32,608 bases of DNA, taken from the NCBI GenBank assembly GCA_033763455.1, contig JANRKO010000030.1:1-32608 (forward strand), written 5' to 3'. Numbering within the stretch: the stretch's first letter is position 1; each line of letters begins with the position of its first letter. This DNA is from Polyangiaceae bacterium. GTDB lineage: Bacteria > Myxococcota_A > Polyangia > Polyangiales > Polyangiaceae. Positions 8,978 through 20,778 of this stretch are shown here, piece after piece. Below the pieces are notes generated by a model. The model ran no database searches. It was not told the origin of the DNA and was given only the letters and a program-made list of their open reading frames with translations. Position numbers and translations under genes: made by a program.

Positions 8978-9970
8978 ATGCGGCGATGGATGGTGTTGAC
9001 GACTTTGGCGACTGGGTGGGTGCTTTCATGCGCGGGAGGAGAACGAACGCCACGCCCCACCGCCCTACGGGGGCCAGGAGGGCCGGGGGCGCACGCCGGG
9101 GCTGACGGCTCTGCAACCCGGAACAATGTGGTGGCCGCGCGTGTCGCGGTGAGCCCGCGCGAAAGCGAACCGCGCGTCATGGCTGAAGCTAGCGAACTGC
9201 CCCCGCGCGATCGCGGGATCCTGTCGACGTTGAAGCACATTGCCTGTGGCGAGTCCCGCTGCGTGGCTGGCCGCGAAGTCTGCGCGCTCGGCGACGACAA
9301 GCAGTGGCACTGCCAAGCTCCGCCAACGAATGCGCAGGGGTACTACGCCTGCGACGACATCAGCGATTGCGTCGGGTCACGGATTTGTTGTCGCAGCTTT
9401 GCGTCCGCGCACGAGGTCTACGAGTGTAGCGAGCCCCGCGGCGACTGCGCGGCAGTCTCTTGCGCCGCTCCGGACGGGCTCAAATGCCCCGCCGGGCAGC
9501 ACTGTAGCGATGGACATTGCGCTCCGCGAACGTCGGCTACCTGCGGATCCCGGCTCCGCTGCGAGGGGGAGACCCCCATCTGCGCTTGGGGAACTGCGCC
9601 CTCCTGTGTCACCGTCGAGCGTGCTGAAGCACTGGCTAACACTCTCGAAATGCCCGGCGGCGTGGTCGTCGAAGGCGCTGGCAGCGCCGTGAGGGGTGTC
9701 TATGCCTGCACTAAGCCGAGCGACTGCGGTTCATTTCACTGTTGCACCAGCATGTCCTTTGGTCCGAAGCTGACCCTGTGTAGCCACCGCTGCGACTCGC
9801 TCAACGGGCAGCAAGTATGTCAGACGAACCGGGACTGTGCCGACCGCGCTCGCGCGTACTGCGGCGACAACCTAGAGTGCCGTCGGAAAGTGCGCTGCGT
9901 CCCCGCTCGCGATGATGACATGTTCAGCGCCGTCCCTCCCTGGTTGAAAGTGTGCGAGCTCACCGATTAA
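8978..9970 (+). CDS. Cys-rich lipoprotein with two-fold internal repeat
   Basis: Lipobox-like VLS-C and 31 Cys. The block CG...C......C...YAC...SDC....CC is duplicated. Confidence 0.82.
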   Translation: MRRWMVLTTLATGWVLSCAGGERTPRPTALRGPGGPGAHAGADGSATRNNVVAARVAVSPRESEPRVMAEASELPPRDRGILSTLKHIACGESRCVAGREVCALGDDKQWHCQAPPTNAQGYYACDDISDCVGSRICCRSFASAHEVYECSEPRGDCAAVSCAAPDGLKCPAGQHCSDGHCAPRTSATCGSRLRCEGETPICAWGTAPSCVTVERAEALANTLEMPGGVVVEGAGSAVRGVYACTKPSDCGSFHCCTSMSFGPKLTLCSHRCDSLNGQQVCQTNRDCADRARAYCGDNLECRRKVRCVPARDDDMFSAVPPWLKVCELTD

Positions 9971-10193
9971 CGCTTCGAGAAGCGGGTGCCCGAGAATCAG
10001 TGTCCGGCGTCACTCCCGGACAGCGGGCTCAGCCCAGTGAAAGTCGGCGCACAAGATCGTGATGGCCTTCAGACTTGAAGGTTAACTTGAGCCGTGGGCG
10101 TGCCATGTCTCTTCACGCACGGAACGCAGCGAAAAAACGCCGGGGCAGATAGAGATAGGGAAGGACTTTCGCGGGCGAGCGTATGCTTGGCAC

Positions 10194-10745
10194 ATGCACT
10201 TATATCGCGCCGTGGGATGGATGGGCCTTGGATGCTTACTCTCGTTAACCGCTTGTTCTTCAAGCGACGATAGCGGGGGAGGGGGAATAGGCGGTCCGCA
10301 GTCGAGCAGCCGAGACAATGCGAACGAGGCGCTCGCCAACAACGATTGCTACCTTGGCTTGCAACTCCCGGGGATTACCACCAGTGGCTACGGGTGCTCA
10401 GGTGGGGCACAGAACACCTCCATCACGGGTCTGAAGCCTTCAAGCTTTGACCCAGCGCTCCGAATCAACGTAGAGCTTGGCACGCCGCCCTCGCTCGGGG
10501 CACTCGATCTCACCAAGCTCACCGTGGGCACTCCGCGCGCGGATGCGAGCTGGGACACCTGGGAGGCGCCGCCGGGTTCCTGCACAGCCCAGGCGGTTGG
10601 TACGAGCTTTGATAGTTTCTTCAGTTGGGACTACTACAGGATGGATTTTAGCTGCGCGGGTACGGCAAATCCCGTCGACGGCAATACCATGCCCCCGTTA
10701 ACGCTGGGTGATTTCACCATTGTGAGCTTTTTCAAACGACAGTAG
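10194..10745 (+). CDS. Hypothetical lipoprotein
   Basis: Signal peptide with LTA-C, an SSSDDSGGGG linker and a small domain with 4 Cys. Confidence 0.8.
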   Translation: MHLYRAVGWMGLGCLLSLTACSSSDDSGGGGIGGPQSSSRDNANEALANNDCYLGLQLPGITTSGYGCSGGAQNTSITGLKPSSFDPALRINVELGTPPSLGALDLTKLTVGTPRADASWDTWEAPPGSCTAQAVGTSFDSFFSWDYYRMDFSCAGTANPVDGNTMPPLTLGDFTIVSFFKRQ

Positions 10746-10765
10746 CTGCTCTCATTGAGCGGCTA
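10743..10765. terminator. Possible terminator hairpin between convergent genes
   Basis: tagctgctc / gagcggcta 9-bp stem (one G-U) with a 5-nt loop; no U-tract. Confidence 0.3.
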
Positions 10766-10813
10766 ACCTGACGTGCTGTCTTTCGGCGGAATAGGCCGCC
10801 AAGATAGCTCCTT

Positions 10814-11203
10814 CTACCCCCCGATTGGTTGATGGAAGTAATAGCAAAGCCCATCCGGCGCCTGAACGAAGAATACCTGAAGCCGCTTACCATTCCGTTC
10901 TTCTTCACGAAAATTGGCTATTGTTACGCCGCGAGTTTCAAGTTCTGTGCGCACCGCGTGGATGTCACTCACCAAGATGGCCGCACCTTCTTGCGAGCTG
11001 TCCCCACCGTTTATAGAGAATCCGATGCGCGTACCATCTCGTTCCATGATTAGCCGAGGCTGAGGCTCGGTCGTACGTTCCACCTCGGCCATCCCAAAGT
11101 GTTGAGCGTACCAATGGGCACACGAGTCCAAATCGGTCACTGGCAGGGCCAATACATCATCGCCGTACGGGAATGCCTTCTCGAAGATACCTTTCGTTGC
11201 CAT
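10814..11203 (-). CDS. VOC family (glyoxalase/bleomycin resistance) protein
   Basis: LPVTDL....WY...FG and FFVQAPDGLCYYF motifs; strong SD aggagg. Confidence 0.88.
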   Translation of the reverse strand: MATKGIFEKAFPYGDDVLALPVTDLDSCAHWYAQHFGMAEVERTTEPQPRLIMERDGTRIGFSINGGDSSQEGAAILVSDIHAVRTELETRGVTIANFREEERNGKRLQVFFVQAPDGLCYYFHQPIGG

Positions 11204-11249
11204 AGATCTTTCCTCCTACTCCCTCCCGCTAACCGGAGGCTCCACACTG

Positions 11250-11711
11250 CTACGCCTCATTGTACGCTTTCTCAAGGGCTGCAACGTCGAGTTTTACCAT
11301 CGTCATCATGGCTTCCATCACGGCCTTCACTTTGCTTGCGTTGCTATCGCCGATGAGCTCCATGAATCGGCGTGGGACAATTTGCCACGAGACGCCGAAC
11401 GGATCCTTGATCCAACCGCACCGGCTCGGCTGGGCGCCAGCCTTGATGAACTTGTCCCAATACTCGTCGACTTCGACTTGATCCTTACAATCAACGTATA
11501 GAGAAAACCCTTCGGTGAAGGTGAAGTACGGGCCACCGTTGTAGGCCATGAAGGCTTGCCCACCAACGACGAACTCGGCGGAAGCAACCGGGCCGTCTTT
11601 ACCAGTGCGGGCGACCTTCCTGATTTGTGAGTCTGGGAAGGTAGTGGTGTAAAACTCTATGGCGGCCTCAAGTTGATCGTTGAACATCAAAAATGGTGTT
11701 ACTTTGCTCAT
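11250..11711 (-). CDS. VOC/PhnB-like protein (3-demethylubiquinone-9 3-methyltransferase-like family)
   Basis: KVTPFLMF, NGGP.F.F.EGFS, CGWIKDPFGVSWQI and M.M.KLD motifs. Start is ATG 11711 or GTG 11720. Confidence 0.92.
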   Translation of the reverse strand: MSKVTPFLMFNDQLEAAIEFYTTTFPDSQIRKVARTGKDGPVASAEFVVGGQAFMAYNGGPYFTFTEGFSLYVDCKDQVEVDEYWDKFIKAGAQPSRCGWIKDPFGVSWQIVPRRFMELIGDSNASKVKAVMEAMMTMVKLDVAALEKAYNEA

Positions 11712-11866
11712 TGCGCTCACTCTGCTCCTTGTGCGGCCATTTCCTCGAAAATGCGTCGCGACGGCTCCGTATTATCCATCAGCATACTCGCGGGCTTCCG
11801 CTAAAGATCAATGTTTGCCTTCACCGACAGAGATCTTACCTCCCCACGCCCCGCATTCGAAGCACC

Positions 11867-13480
11867 TCACGGAGAGCCCAGGGGTGAAGCACTTTGGCCC
11901 AGCGTCGCATCAGTCAATTGATCTAGCAGGCGGAATAAATTCTCCGGAGCGACCGGCTTCACGAGATGGTAGTCGAAGCCTGCGTCCTTGGTGCGGCGGA
12001 CGTCCTTTTGCATGCCCCATCCCGTGAGTGCGATCATCACGGGTGTGTAGTCAAGCGGTGACGCCCTCACGCGCTTGCACACTTCTAAGCCATCCATATC
12101 TGGAAGGCCGATATCGCAGAGAACGATTCTGGGGCGTTCTGCTTGAAAGAGCGCTAGGCCTGCGGTGCCAGTGTGCGCAACGCTCGGAGCGTAGCCTCGG
12201 CTCTCAAGCACCTGCGCCAACATCTCCGCCGAATCCTCGTTGTCTTCGATGACCAGCAGCTTGACTAGCCTGTCTGATTTCGGGGGCGCCTGGGGCGCCA
12301 CCACGTCCGCTTCGGATACTGTTTCACCTACTTGCGCGGGGAGCGAAAACGTAAAGACACTGCCTTTGCCTGCGCCCTCGCTTGAGACACTAATGTCACC
12401 GTCGTGCAGCGCGGCAAGTCGCTTGGACAGCGCTAACCCAATGCCCAAACCGCCGTTCTGAGCTGGGGATTCTATGCGTGTGAACATCTCGAAAACGCGC
12501 CCCAACTGATCGGCCAGGATACCTACGCCGCTGTCCTGGACGCGAATCACAGCGTGGCTGTTTTCGTGCGTCAGCGTGATCTGAACTCGACCTTCCTCCG
12601 GCGTGAACTTGCAGGCATTGTGCAACAAGTTGCTCACGATTTGAGCGAGCCGCGTCGGATCGGCGAACGCGAAGAGCGATTCATCCGCTTCGGCAGATAC
12701 GACTTGACGACGCTGCTCGAAGAACGGCCTGCACGTCTCGAGTGCGGTCTGAATCGCTTCCGCGACGCTGACGCGGGACTTTTTCAGCTCGAGGTTGCCC
12801 CCGCTGATCCTGGCGACATCCAAGAGGTCGTCGATCAAACGGACCATGTGGTCCAGCTGGCGGTTCATAATCGTTAACGTGCTGCTTGCCGGGCTCGGTT
12901 TTTCCCCCATGAGCAGGGCAAGCCCCATACGCAGAGGTGCGAGCGGATTGCGCAGCTCGTGTGCCAAAGTTGCCAGAAACTCGTCCTTCTGCCGATCGGC
13001 GGCGCGCAGCGCGGCTTCGGACCGTTCGAGCTCGGCCGTGCGCTCTCGCACGCGGGCCTCGAGTGTCTCATTCAGCTCCGCTAGCGCCCGCGTCTTTCGG
13101 AACAGTTCTGCAAAAACTGCGATCTTGTGGCGAAATACCAGCGGGTTTACCGGCTTGGTAAGATAATCCGCAGCACCTGCACCATAGCCCGCCACGATGT
13201 CCTGCTCGTCCAAGAGGTGAGCGGTCAAAAATAGGATCGGGATCTCACGAAACCTCTTGGTACCTTTGATGATGCGCGCGAGCTCAACCCCGTTGACGTC
13301 GGGCATGCGAATATCCAGAACCATCGCGGCAATGTCATGTTCCAAGAGCGCGCTGAGCGCGGCGGCGCCACTCAGCGCGCGGATCAGGCGATACCCCGGG
13401 GCCGCCAAGGTCACCTCGAGCGCATCGAGGTTCCGAGGCTCGTCGTCGACCAGGAGAATATTGATGGGTTGCTGGTCCAT
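11867..13480 (-). CDS. Hybrid sensor kinase/response regulator (REC-HisKA-HATPase-REC)
   Basis: ILLVDD...LDIRMP receiver, H-box [11 protein letters not shown] boxes and a C-terminal REC (CDIGLP). The true start is probably ATG 13480, overlapping the upstream stop (TGATG), not 13570. Confidence 0.93.
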   Translation of the reverse strand: MDQQPINILLVDDEPRNLDALEVTLAAPGYRLIRALSGAAALSALLEHDIAAMVLDIRMPDVNGVELARIIKGTKRFREIPILFLTAHLLDEQDIVAGYGAGAADYLTKPVNPLVFRHKIAVFAELFRKTRALAELNETLEARVRERTAELERSEAALRAADRQKDEFLATLAHELRNPLAPLRMGLALLMGEKPSPASSTLTIMNRQLDHMVRLIDDLLDVARISGGNLELKKSRVSVAEAIQTALETCRPFFEQRRQVVSAEADESLFAFADPTRLAQIVSNLLHNACKFTPEEGRVQITLTHENSHAVIRVQDSGVGILADQLGRVFEMFTRIESPAQNGGLGIGLALSKRLAALHDGDISVSSEGAGKGSVFTFSLPAQVGETVSEADVVAPQAPPKSDRLVKLLVIEDNEDSAEMLAQVLESRGYAPSVAHTGTAGLALFQAERPRIVLCDIGLPDMDGLEVCKRVRASPLDYTPVMIALTGWGMQKDVRRTKDAGFDYHLVKPVAPENLFRLLDQLTDATLGQSASPLGSP

Positions 13481-16400
13481 CAGCGATACAACCAGACGCG
13501 GAGGAGCGAAAGGAGTTGGTCCGTATTGACAGGTTTCGCGATGTAGTCGGACGCGCCCGCCTCCAGGCACTTCTCGCGGTCGCCCTTCATGGCCTTGGCG
13601 GTTAGGGCCAGGATGGGTAGCGTTCTGAATCTTGTATCCTTGCGGATCTCGCGCATAGTCTCGTAGCCGTCCATTTCGGGCATCATGATGTCCATGAGCA
13701 CCACGCTGAGGTCGTCTGTGTTCCGAGTAATTTCAATGGCTTGGCGTCCGTTCGTGGCGCTCAGCACGTCCATCCCGTGGTTCTCGAGGAGGGTGGTGAG
13801 CGCAAAAATGTTGCGTGCGTCATCATCGACTACCAGCACCTTGCGCCCGCGCAACGTTTCGCTCGAACCATGTAAGCGCTCGATCGTCTTGCGCTTCGCT
13901 TCGGGTAAATCGGCTATCACCCGGTGCAGGAAGAGCGACGTCTCGTCGAGTAGTCGTTCTGGCGACTGGACATCTTTGAGCACGATGCTCTTGGCGACAG
14001 TTCGAAGCTGTGACTCTTCTTGGGCTGTGAGCTCCTTCCCCGTAAATACAACGATGGGTACTCCCTTCAATGCCGGCGAACTCTGCAGACGTTCGAGCAG
14101 CTCAAAGCCGCTCATATCTGGTAATCTCAAGTCAACGACGCAGCAATCGAATAACCGATTCGCGAGCTGACTCAAAGCTTCTGTTCCCGTTCCAACCGCC
14201 GTGATCTCGATATCTTTGTGGCTGAGTAGCTCCACAATGCTGTCGCGTTCGACGTCGTTGTCCTCGACTACGAGTAGGCGTTTGCCGACTTGACCCGCAA
14301 ACGCCTTGAGCCTATCGAGTGCTAGCGCAAGCTCGTCGGTTGTGGCTGGCTTCACCAAGTACGAGAAGGCGCCGTGTGAAAGCCCGTGTTGACGCTCTTC
14401 CTCAACGGACAGCATTTGCACGGGGATGTGTCGGGTGCGGGGGTCGAGCTTGAGGTTGTTGAGCACCGTCCAGCCCAGCATATCCGGCAAAAACACGTCC
14501 AACGTGATGGCCGTGGGCACATGCTCGACCGCCAGGGAAAGCCCGAGCTGGCCGCGATTGGCCACGAGCCCTTTGAACCCCTGGCTGCGCGCGATGCCTA
14601 GCAGGATGCGCGCGTAGTGTGGGTCGTCTTCGATGATGAGCAGGACCGAGTCCGCTTCGCCAATGTTCTCACGATCATCGAGCACGGTGTCTTCGGCCTT
14701 GGCCAGGGCCAGCATGGTAACCGGCCGCTCAAGAAGGCCCTGAGGCGCCGGGGGCAGTGAGCGTGCGGATGCCGGGAAAGCAAGCGGCAAGTAAAGCGTG
14801 AATGTGCTACCCGTGCCCGGGGTGCTGACCAGGCGAATTTCGCCGCCGAGCAAGTTGGCAAGCTCGCGGCTAATGGCCAAGCCCAGCCCGGTGCCACCGT
14901 ACTTGCGGCTGGTTCCGGCGTCGGCCTGTTGGAAAGCCTCGAAGATCAGCCGTTGCTTCTCGGGCGCAATGCCGATGCCAGTGTCGGTGACGGCGAAGGC
15001 CACCACAGAGGCCGCTTGGGTGAGGGTGGGATGATCTGGGTTCCAACCAGAATTCGCTTGTCGCAGGGTCATCTTGACACTGCCTTGGGCTGTAAACTTG
15101 AAGGCGTTCGACAGTAAGTTCTTCAAGATCTGCTGCAACCGCTTAGGGTCGGACACGAACCCCCGCGGCAGGCCAGCGTCGATTTCGACGTCGAAGACGA
15201 GGCCTTTGCCCTCCGCCATGTGGTGGAAAGTGCGGTGAACGCTATCGCGCAGCGAGCTGAAAGGGATCTCTTCGGGCTCGACCGTGACGGTGCCGGACTC
15301 GATTTTCGAGAGATCAAGAATATCGTTGATGAGCGTCAGCAAGTCCGTGCCAGCAGAGTGAATATTCTTGGCAAACTCCGTCTGCTTGGTGGTGAGGTTG
15401 CCGCCGGCGTTCTCGGCCAGCTGCTGGCCGAGTATCAAGATCGAGTTCAATGGCGTGCGGAGCTCATGCGACATATTCGCCAAGAACTCGGACTTGTACT
15501 TGCTCGTGAGGGCGAGCTCGGTCGCTTTCTCTTCCAGCGCGCGGCGCGCGTGTTCCACTTCTTTGTTCTTACGTTCGACCTCCACGTTCTGCTCGGCGAG
15601 CTGTTTGGCCTTCGAGGCAAGCTCCTCATTGGTTTGCTGTAGCTCGCTCTGCCGAGTCTGCAGTTCGCTGGTGAGCTGCTGGGACTGGAGCAGCAGGTTT
15701 TCAGTTCGCATCGTCGCCTCAATGGTGTTTAGAACGACGCCAATCGACTGCGGCAGCTGCTCAAGGAATGCGAGGTGTGTGTTGGTGAAGGGGCGGAAGG
15801 CAGCCAGCTCGATCACCGCCATCGTTTCCCCCTCGAACAGCACGGGCAGCACGAGGACGCTCGTCGGCGAGGCTTCCCCCAAGCTGGACTGAATGCGCGT
15901 GTAGTCGGGCGGTACGTCGTTGAGCAGAATGCGTTGCTTTTCCGCCGCGGCCTGGCCGACGAGCCCCACGCCCACCGCGATTTGCTCGGGTTGATCTTGG
16001 CGTTTGGCGTAGCTTGCCAAAAGCTTGAGCTTCCGGGTACCCACGCCTTCGCCGACCTCGCCCGCTTCGGGGCGATCCATCTGGTAGATGGTGCCCTGTT
16101 GAGCGTCTACCAGGGGCGCAAGCTCCGACAACAAAGTCTTGCCCACCGTAAGTAGATCGCGCTGCCCCTGCAGCATGCGCGTGAATTTGGCCAGATTCGT
16201 CTTCAGCCAGTCCTGTTCCTGGTTGCGATCCGTCGTTGCGCGCAGGTTATCGATCATCGTATTGATGTTGTCTTTCAGATCGGCGACTTCGCCGCGTGTT
16301 TCGACCTGAATCGATCGCGTCAGATCCCCCTTCGTTACAGCCGTGGCGACGTCAGCAATGGCCCGCACTTGGTTAGTCAGGTTTGCCGCCAGCAAGTTCA

Positions 16401-19400
16401 CGTTACCGGTCAGATCCTTCCAAGTGCCCGCGGCGCCGGGCACGTTAGCCTGGCCGCCCAAGCGCCCCTCGACGCCGACCTCTCGTGCGACGTTGGTGAC
16501 TTGCTCCGCGAACGTCGCCAGCGTGTCGGTCATGTTATTGATGGTGTCAGCCAGGGCGGCGACTTCACCCTTTGCCTCCACCGTGAGCTTCTGACGCAAA
16601 TTGCCGTCGGCCACGGCTGTCACCACGCGCACGATGCCACGCACCTGATCGGTCAGGTTCGCCGCCATGAAATTCACCGAGTCCGTGAGATCCTTCCAAG
16701 TTCCGGCCACGCCTGGAACGTCGGCTTGACCGCCCAGCTTGCCTTCGGTGCCAACTTCGCGGGCCATACGCGTGACCTCCGAAGCGAACGAGCGCAGCTG
16801 GTCAACCATCGTGTTGATGGTGTTTTTGAGCTCGAGAATTTCACCCTTCACATCGACCGTGATCTTGCGTGAAAGGTCGCCGCGCGCGACGGCGGTAGTG
16901 ACCTCCGCAATGTTGCGCACCTGTGCCGTCAAGTTGGCGCCCATCGCGTTCACGGAGTCGGTGAGGTCCTTCCAGGTACCGGCGACACCCGGCACGACTG
17001 CTTGAACGCCTAAGCGGCCTTCCGTGCCGACCTCGCGCGCCACGCGCGTTACTTCGCTGGCGAACGACCGCAGCTGCTCGACCATCGTGTTAATAGCTTC
17101 TTTTAGCTGCAAGATCTCCCCACGCACGTCGACGATGATCTTGCGCGAAAGGTCGCCATTAGCGACGGCTATCGTCACTTCCGCGATGTTGCGCACCTGA
17201 CCGGTGAGGTTCGACGCCATGGAGTTGACGTTGTCGGTCAAATCTTTCCAAGTGCCGGCGACACCTGGCACCACCGCTTGCCCTCCAAGCTTGCCTTCGG
17301 TGCCCACCTCACGTGCGACGCGACTGACCTCCGAGGCAAAGGCATTCAGCTGATCGACCATCGTGTTGAGCGTATTTTTGAGCTCGAGAATTTCTCCCTT
17401 CACGTCGACCGTGATTTTGCGCGAGAGATCGCCTCGTGCGATAGCTGTGGCGACGTCCGCGATGTTGCGCACCTGGCCCGTCAGGTTCGACGCCATCGAG
17501 TTGACGTTGTCCGTGAGGTCCTTCCACGTACCTGCAACGCCAGGTACCTGGGCTTGGCCGCCCAGCTTACCTTCGGTGCCAACCTCGCGCGCCACGCGGC
17601 TCACCTCGGAGGCGAAGCCATTTAACTGATCCACCATGGTGTTCATGGTGTCTTTGAGTTGGAGAATTTCGCCGCGCACGTCGACGGTGATTTTCTTCGA
17701 CAGATCGCCCTTGGCGACGGCGATGGTAACGTCGGCGATGTTCCGCACCTGATTGGTCAGGTTGGAGGCCATCGAGTTGACGTTGTCCGTGAGATCTTTC
17801 CAGGTACCTGCGACGCCGGGCACCTGGGCTTGGCCGCCGAGCTTGCCTTCGGTACCAACCTCGCGCGCCACGCGGCTCACCTCTGACGCAAAACCGTTCA
17901 GCTGATCCACCATCGCGTTGATAGTGTTCTTGAGCTCAAGAATTTCACCCTTCACGTCGACGGTGATCTTGCGTGAGAGATCACCTCCCGCGACGGCCGT
18001 GGTCACCTCGGCAATGTTGCGCACCTGACCGGTGAGATTCGACGCCATGGAGTTGACGTTATCGGTCAGATCTTTCCAAGTGCCGGCGACACCAGGCACC
18101 TCGGCCTGACCGCCGAGTTTGCCTTCAGTGCCAACCTCACGCGCCACGCGGCTCACCTCGGAGGCGAAGCCGTTCAGCTGATCCACCATCGTGTTGATGG
18201 TATTCTTGAGCGCCAGGATCTCGCCCTTCACGTCGACCGTGATCTTGCGTGAAAGATCCCCGCGTGCCACGGCGGTCGCCACTTCGGCGATATTTCGCAC
18301 CTGGCCCGTCAGATTCGAGGCCATCGAGTTCACGTTGTCCGTAAGGTTCTTCCAGACGCCGGCGACGCCTTCCACGGCAGCCTGACCGCCGAGCTTGCCG
18401 TCGGTGCCTACCTCGCGCGCCACGCGCGTCACCTCAGAAGCGAAGCCGTTCAGCTGATCGACCATCGTGTTGATGGTGTTCTTCAGTTCTAGAATCTCCC
18501 CCTTCACGTCGACCGTGATCTTGCGCGAAAGGTCGCCGTTGGCGATCGCGGTTGCCACATCAGCGATGTTGCGCACCTGGCCGGTGAGGTTCGAGGCCAT
18601 AGCGTTGACGTTGTCCGTCAAGTCCTTCCAGGTGCCTGCAACACCCGGCACCTGCGCCTGCCCTCCAAGCTTGCCCTCGGTGCCAACTTCGCGCGCCACG
18701 CGGCTCACTTCGGAGGCGAAGCCGTTCAGCTGATCGACCATGGTGTTAATGGTGTTCTTGAGCTCTAGAATCTCCCCCTTCACGTCAACCGTGATCTTGC
18801 GCGACAAATCACCGCGGGCGACTGCAGTCGTCACTTCGGCGATGTTGCGCACCTGGCCGGTGAGGTTCGAGGCCATAGCATTGACGTTGTCTGTGAGATC
18901 CTTCCAGGTACCGGCAACGCCCGGCACTTCGGCTTGACCACCGAGCTTGCCTTCTGTGCCGACTTCGCGTGCGACGCGACTCACTTCGGAGGCGAAGCCA
19001 TTCAGCTGATCCACCATCGTGTTGATGGTGTTCTTCAGCTCTAGGATCTCGCCTTTAACGTCGACCGTGATGGTGCGCGAAAGGTCGCCGCGTGCGACGG
19101 CGGTCGTTACTTCGGCGATGTTGCGCACCTGGCCAGTGAGGTTCGAAGCCATCGAATTGACGTTGTCAGTCAAATCCTTCCACGTGCCGGCGACACCCGG
19201 CACCAGGGCTTGACCGCCCAGCTTGCCTTCTGTGCCGACTTCGCGTGCGACGCGGCTCACTTCGGAGGCGAAACCATTTAGCTGATCCACCATCGTATTG
19301 ATGGTGTTTTTCAGCTCTAGGATCTCGCCTTTGACGTCGACGGTGATCTTGCGCGAGAGATCACCGCGCGCGACAGCGGTAGTGACCTCGGCGATGTTGC

Positions 19401-20343
19401 GCACCTGGCCGGTGAGGTTCGAGGCCATCGAGTTGACGTTGTCAGTCAAATCCTTCCACGTACCGGCGACGCCGGGCACGATGGCTTGACCGCCGAGCTT
19501 GCCTTCGGTGCCTACTTCACGGGCTACGCGCGTCACTTCCGACACAAACGAACGCAGCTGCTCGACCATCGTGTTGATGGCCTCCTTCAGTTGCAAGATC
19601 TCGCCGCGCACGTCCACTGTGATCTTCTTAGAAAGATCTCCGCTCGCGACGGCGATCGTCACCTCAGCGATATTGCGAACCTGGGCGGTCAAGTTACCCG
19701 CCATCTGGTTAACGGACTCCGTCAGTTCCTTCCAGACTCCCGAAACGCCCTTTACCTGGGCTTGACCGCCGAGCTTGCCTTCGGTGCCGACCTCGCGCGC
19801 CACGCGTGTCACCTCAGAGGTGAACACCGACAGCTGATCGATCATGCGGTTCACGAGCTGAGCGGAACGCAGAAATTCGCCTTCGAGCGGCCGGCCATCT
19901 ACCTCAAGCGCGATAGCTTGGCCCAAATCGCCTTTGGCAACAGCGCCAATGGCACGGGTCATTTCGGTTGTCGGCCAAACCAGGTCGTCGACGAGTGTAT
20001 TGAGCGCCGAAACTTCGTCCGCCCAGCCACCGACGGCACCTGGCACGTTCATGCGCTGCTTAACCTTCCCCTCCTTACCTACGACGCGGCAAACGCGCGA
20101 GATCTCGGTCGCTCGACGCGCGCTGACTTCGAGCACCTCGTTGAAGACTTCGGCGATCTTGCCGTCGATACCGGGCAAATCTGCTGGGAGGTGGGACGTG
20201 AAATCGCCGGCCTTGAAGCGAAGCAGCGCACTCAGCAATTGAGACGGGAACTCGCGCTCAGCATTGCCAATCGGAACGTGATGAAACAGCGGACCAGAGG
20301 GGGCCTCGAAAGTGTTAGCTACCTGCTCGGTCATGTCGCTCAT
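13480..20343 (-). CDS. Poly-HAMP hybrid histidine kinase (group III/Nik1-like): ~14 x 92-aa repeats, GAF, coiled coil, HisKA, HATPase, 3 REC
   Basis: Repeated EV(S/T)[33 protein letters not shown]-box [17 protein letters not shown]; three receivers each with the Asp; SD gaggag. No obvious TM segments. Confidence 0.96.
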   Translation of the reverse strand: MSDMTEQVANTFEAPSGPLFHHVPIGNAEREFPSQLLSALLRFKAGDFTSHLPADLPGIDGKIAEVFNEVLEVSARRATEISRVCRVVGKEGKVKQRMNVPGAVGGWADEVSALNTLVDDLVWPTTEMTRAIGAVAKGDLGQAIALEVDGRPLEGEFLRSAQLVNRMIDQLSVFTSEVTRVAREVGTEGKLGGQAQVKGVSGVWKELTESVNQMAGNLTAQVRNIAEVTIAVASGDLSKKITVDVRGEILQLKEAINTMVEQLRSFVSEVTRVAREVGTEGKLGGQAIVPGVAGTWKDLTDNVNSMASNLTGQVRNIAEVTTAVARGDLSRKITVDVKGEILELKNTINTMVDQLNGFASEVSRVAREVGTEGKLGGQALVPGVAGTWKDLTDNVNSMASNLTGQVRNIAEVTTAVARGDLSRTITVDVKGEILELKNTINTMVDQLNGFASEVSRVAREVGTEGKLGGQAEVPGVAGTWKDLTDNVNAMASNLTGQVRNIAEVTTAVARGDLSRKITVDVKGEILELKNTINTMVDQLNGFASEVSRVAREVGTEGKLGGQAQVPGVAGTWKDLTDNVNAMASNLTGQVRNIADVATAIANGDLSRKITVDVKGEILELKNTINTMVDQLNGFASEVTRVAREVGTDGKLGGQAAVEGVAGVWKNLTDNVNSMASNLTGQVRNIAEVATAVARGDLSRKITVDVKGEILALKNTINTMVDQLNGFASEVSRVAREVGTEGKLGGQAEVPGVAGTWKDLTDNVNSMASNLTGQVRNIAEVTTAVAGGDLSRKITVDVKGEILELKNTINAMVDQLNGFASEVSRVAREVGTEGKLGGQAQVPGVAGTWKDLTDNVNSMASNLTNQVRNIADVTIAVAKGDLSKKITVDVRGEILQLKDTMNTMVDQLNGFASEVSRVAREVGTEGKLGGQAQVPGVAGTWKDLTDNVNSMASNLTGQVRNIADVATAIARGDLSRKITVDVKGEILELKNTLNTMVDQLNAFASEVSRVAREVGTEGKLGGQAVVPGVAGTWKDLTDNVNSMASNLTGQVRNIAEVTIAVANGDLSRKIIVDVRGEILQLKEAINTMVEQLRSFASEVTRVAREVGTEGRLGVQAVVPGVAGTWKDLTDSVNAMGANLTAQVRNIAEVTTAVARGDLSRKITVDVKGEILELKNTINTMVDQLRSFASEVTRMAREVGTEGKLGGQADVPGVAGTWKDLTDSVNFMAANLTDQVRGIVRVVTAVADGNLRQKLTVEAKGEVAALADTINNMTDTLATFAEQVTNVAREVGVEGRLGGQANVPGAAGTWKDLTGNVNLLAANLTNQVRAIADVATAVTKGDLTRSIQVETRGEVADLKDNINTMIDNLRATTDRNQEQDWLKTNLAKFTRMLQGQRDLLTVGKTLLSELAPLVDAQQGTIYQMDRPEAGEVGEGVGTRKLKLLASYAKRQDQPEQIAVGVGLVGQAAAEKQRILLNDVPPDYTRIQSSLGEASPTSVLVLPVLFEGETMAVIELAAFRPFTNTHLAFLEQLPQSIGVVLNTIEATMRTENLLLQSQQLTSELQTRQSELQQTNEELASKAKQLAEQNVEVERKNKEVEHARRALEEKATELALTSKYKSEFLANMSHELRTPLNSILILGQQLAENAGGNLTTKQTEFAKNIHSAGTDLLTLINDILDLSKIESGTVTVEPEEIPFSSLRDSVHRTFHHMAEGKGLVFDVEIDAGLPRGFVSDPKRLQQILKNLLSNAFKFTAQGSVKMTLRQANSGWNPDHPTLTQAASVVAFAVTDTGIGIAPEKQRLIFEAFQQADAGTSRKYGGTGLGLAISRELANLLGGEIRLVSTPGTGSTFTLYLPLAFPASARSLPPAPQGLLERPVTMLALAKAEDTVLDDRENIGEADSVLLIIEDDPHYARILLGIARSQGFKGLVANRGQLGLSLAVEHVPTAITLDVFLPDMLGWTVLNNLKLDPRTRHIPVQMLSVEEERQHGLSHGAFSYLVKPATTDELALALDRLKAFAGQVGKRLLVVEDNDVERDSIVELLSHKDIEITAVGTGTEALSQLANRLFDCCVVDLRLPDMSGFELLERLQSSPALKGVPIVVFTGKELTAQEESQLRTVAKSIVLKDVQSPERLLDETSLFLHRVIADLPEAKRKTIERLHGSSETLRGRKVLVVDDDARNIFALTTLLENHGMDVLSATNGRQAIEITRNTDDLSVVLMDIMMPEMDGYETMREIRKDTRFRTLPILALTAKAMKGDREKCLEAGASDYIAKPVNTDQLLSLLRVWLYR
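16250..20110 (-). repeat. 276-bp coding tandem repeat (~14 units; boundaries approximate)
   Basis: The 276-bp period is visible in the DNA and in shadow-ORF starts (18191, 18467, 19019). I counted 14 VAREVG-type motifs, including a degenerate first copy. Confidence 0.9.
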
Positions 20344-20427
20344 GATCGCTCCTCAGTTGAGTCGGCCGGTGCGGAAGGGCCCAATGGACTCACGCCATTA
20401 GAACCCCGCAAAGCCAAAGCGCAACGT

Positions 20428-20458
20428 GACATTTTGCCCCTATGCGGGACATTCTGCC
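20428..20458. promoter_or_regulatory. 11-bp direct repeat, candidate regulator binding site
   Basis: gacattttgcc (20428) and gacattctgcc (20448), 20-bp period, about 85 bp upstream of the kinase start. Confidence 0.45.
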
Positions 20459-20778
20459 ACTGGGGCGCGTTCCCGGTATTTTAGAGACAGGGAGGCGGCC
20501 GAGATCGGCCGCATGTTAAACCCAAAGGTGAAGCCTATCTTTTGCGGCCTCGAGGATTCCGATGTCCTGCTTCCTGCACTCCACACATCCCATCACGGCC
20601 CGCGCCAACCCGCGCGTCAACAACTAGGCCTTCCCACACGTTCCTTGTAAGCGGTGAATCTGACGCCGAAGGCAGGCTCACCCCGAGAGTTCGCTAGACA
20701 ACCTAAAGCCGTAGTCTCACCTAACAATGGCCGACCTCCAACCTGGGTGGAGAGCCACGTGACACGCCACAAAAGCGA

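Noticed and set aside
9971..10035. Short hairpins after the 8978 gene (cgcttc/gaagcg; tgtccgg/ccggaca)
   Set aside because: Stems of 6-7 bp are expected by chance at this GC content, and there is no U-tract.
10746..11249. VOC genes as integron cassettes (gttagc follows each gene on the minus strand)
   Set aside because: No inverse core (RYYYAAC), no attC-like palindrome, and no integrase.
13481..13570. N-terminal extension of the 11867..13570 ORF
   Set aside because: It overlaps the upstream kinase's REC domain; ATG 13480 with TGATG coupling fits better.
19486..20484. 332-aa + ORF and other antisense ORFs over the kinase, kefC and lhr
   Set aside because: GC-rich shadow frames of well-supported genes; several recur with the 276-bp period.
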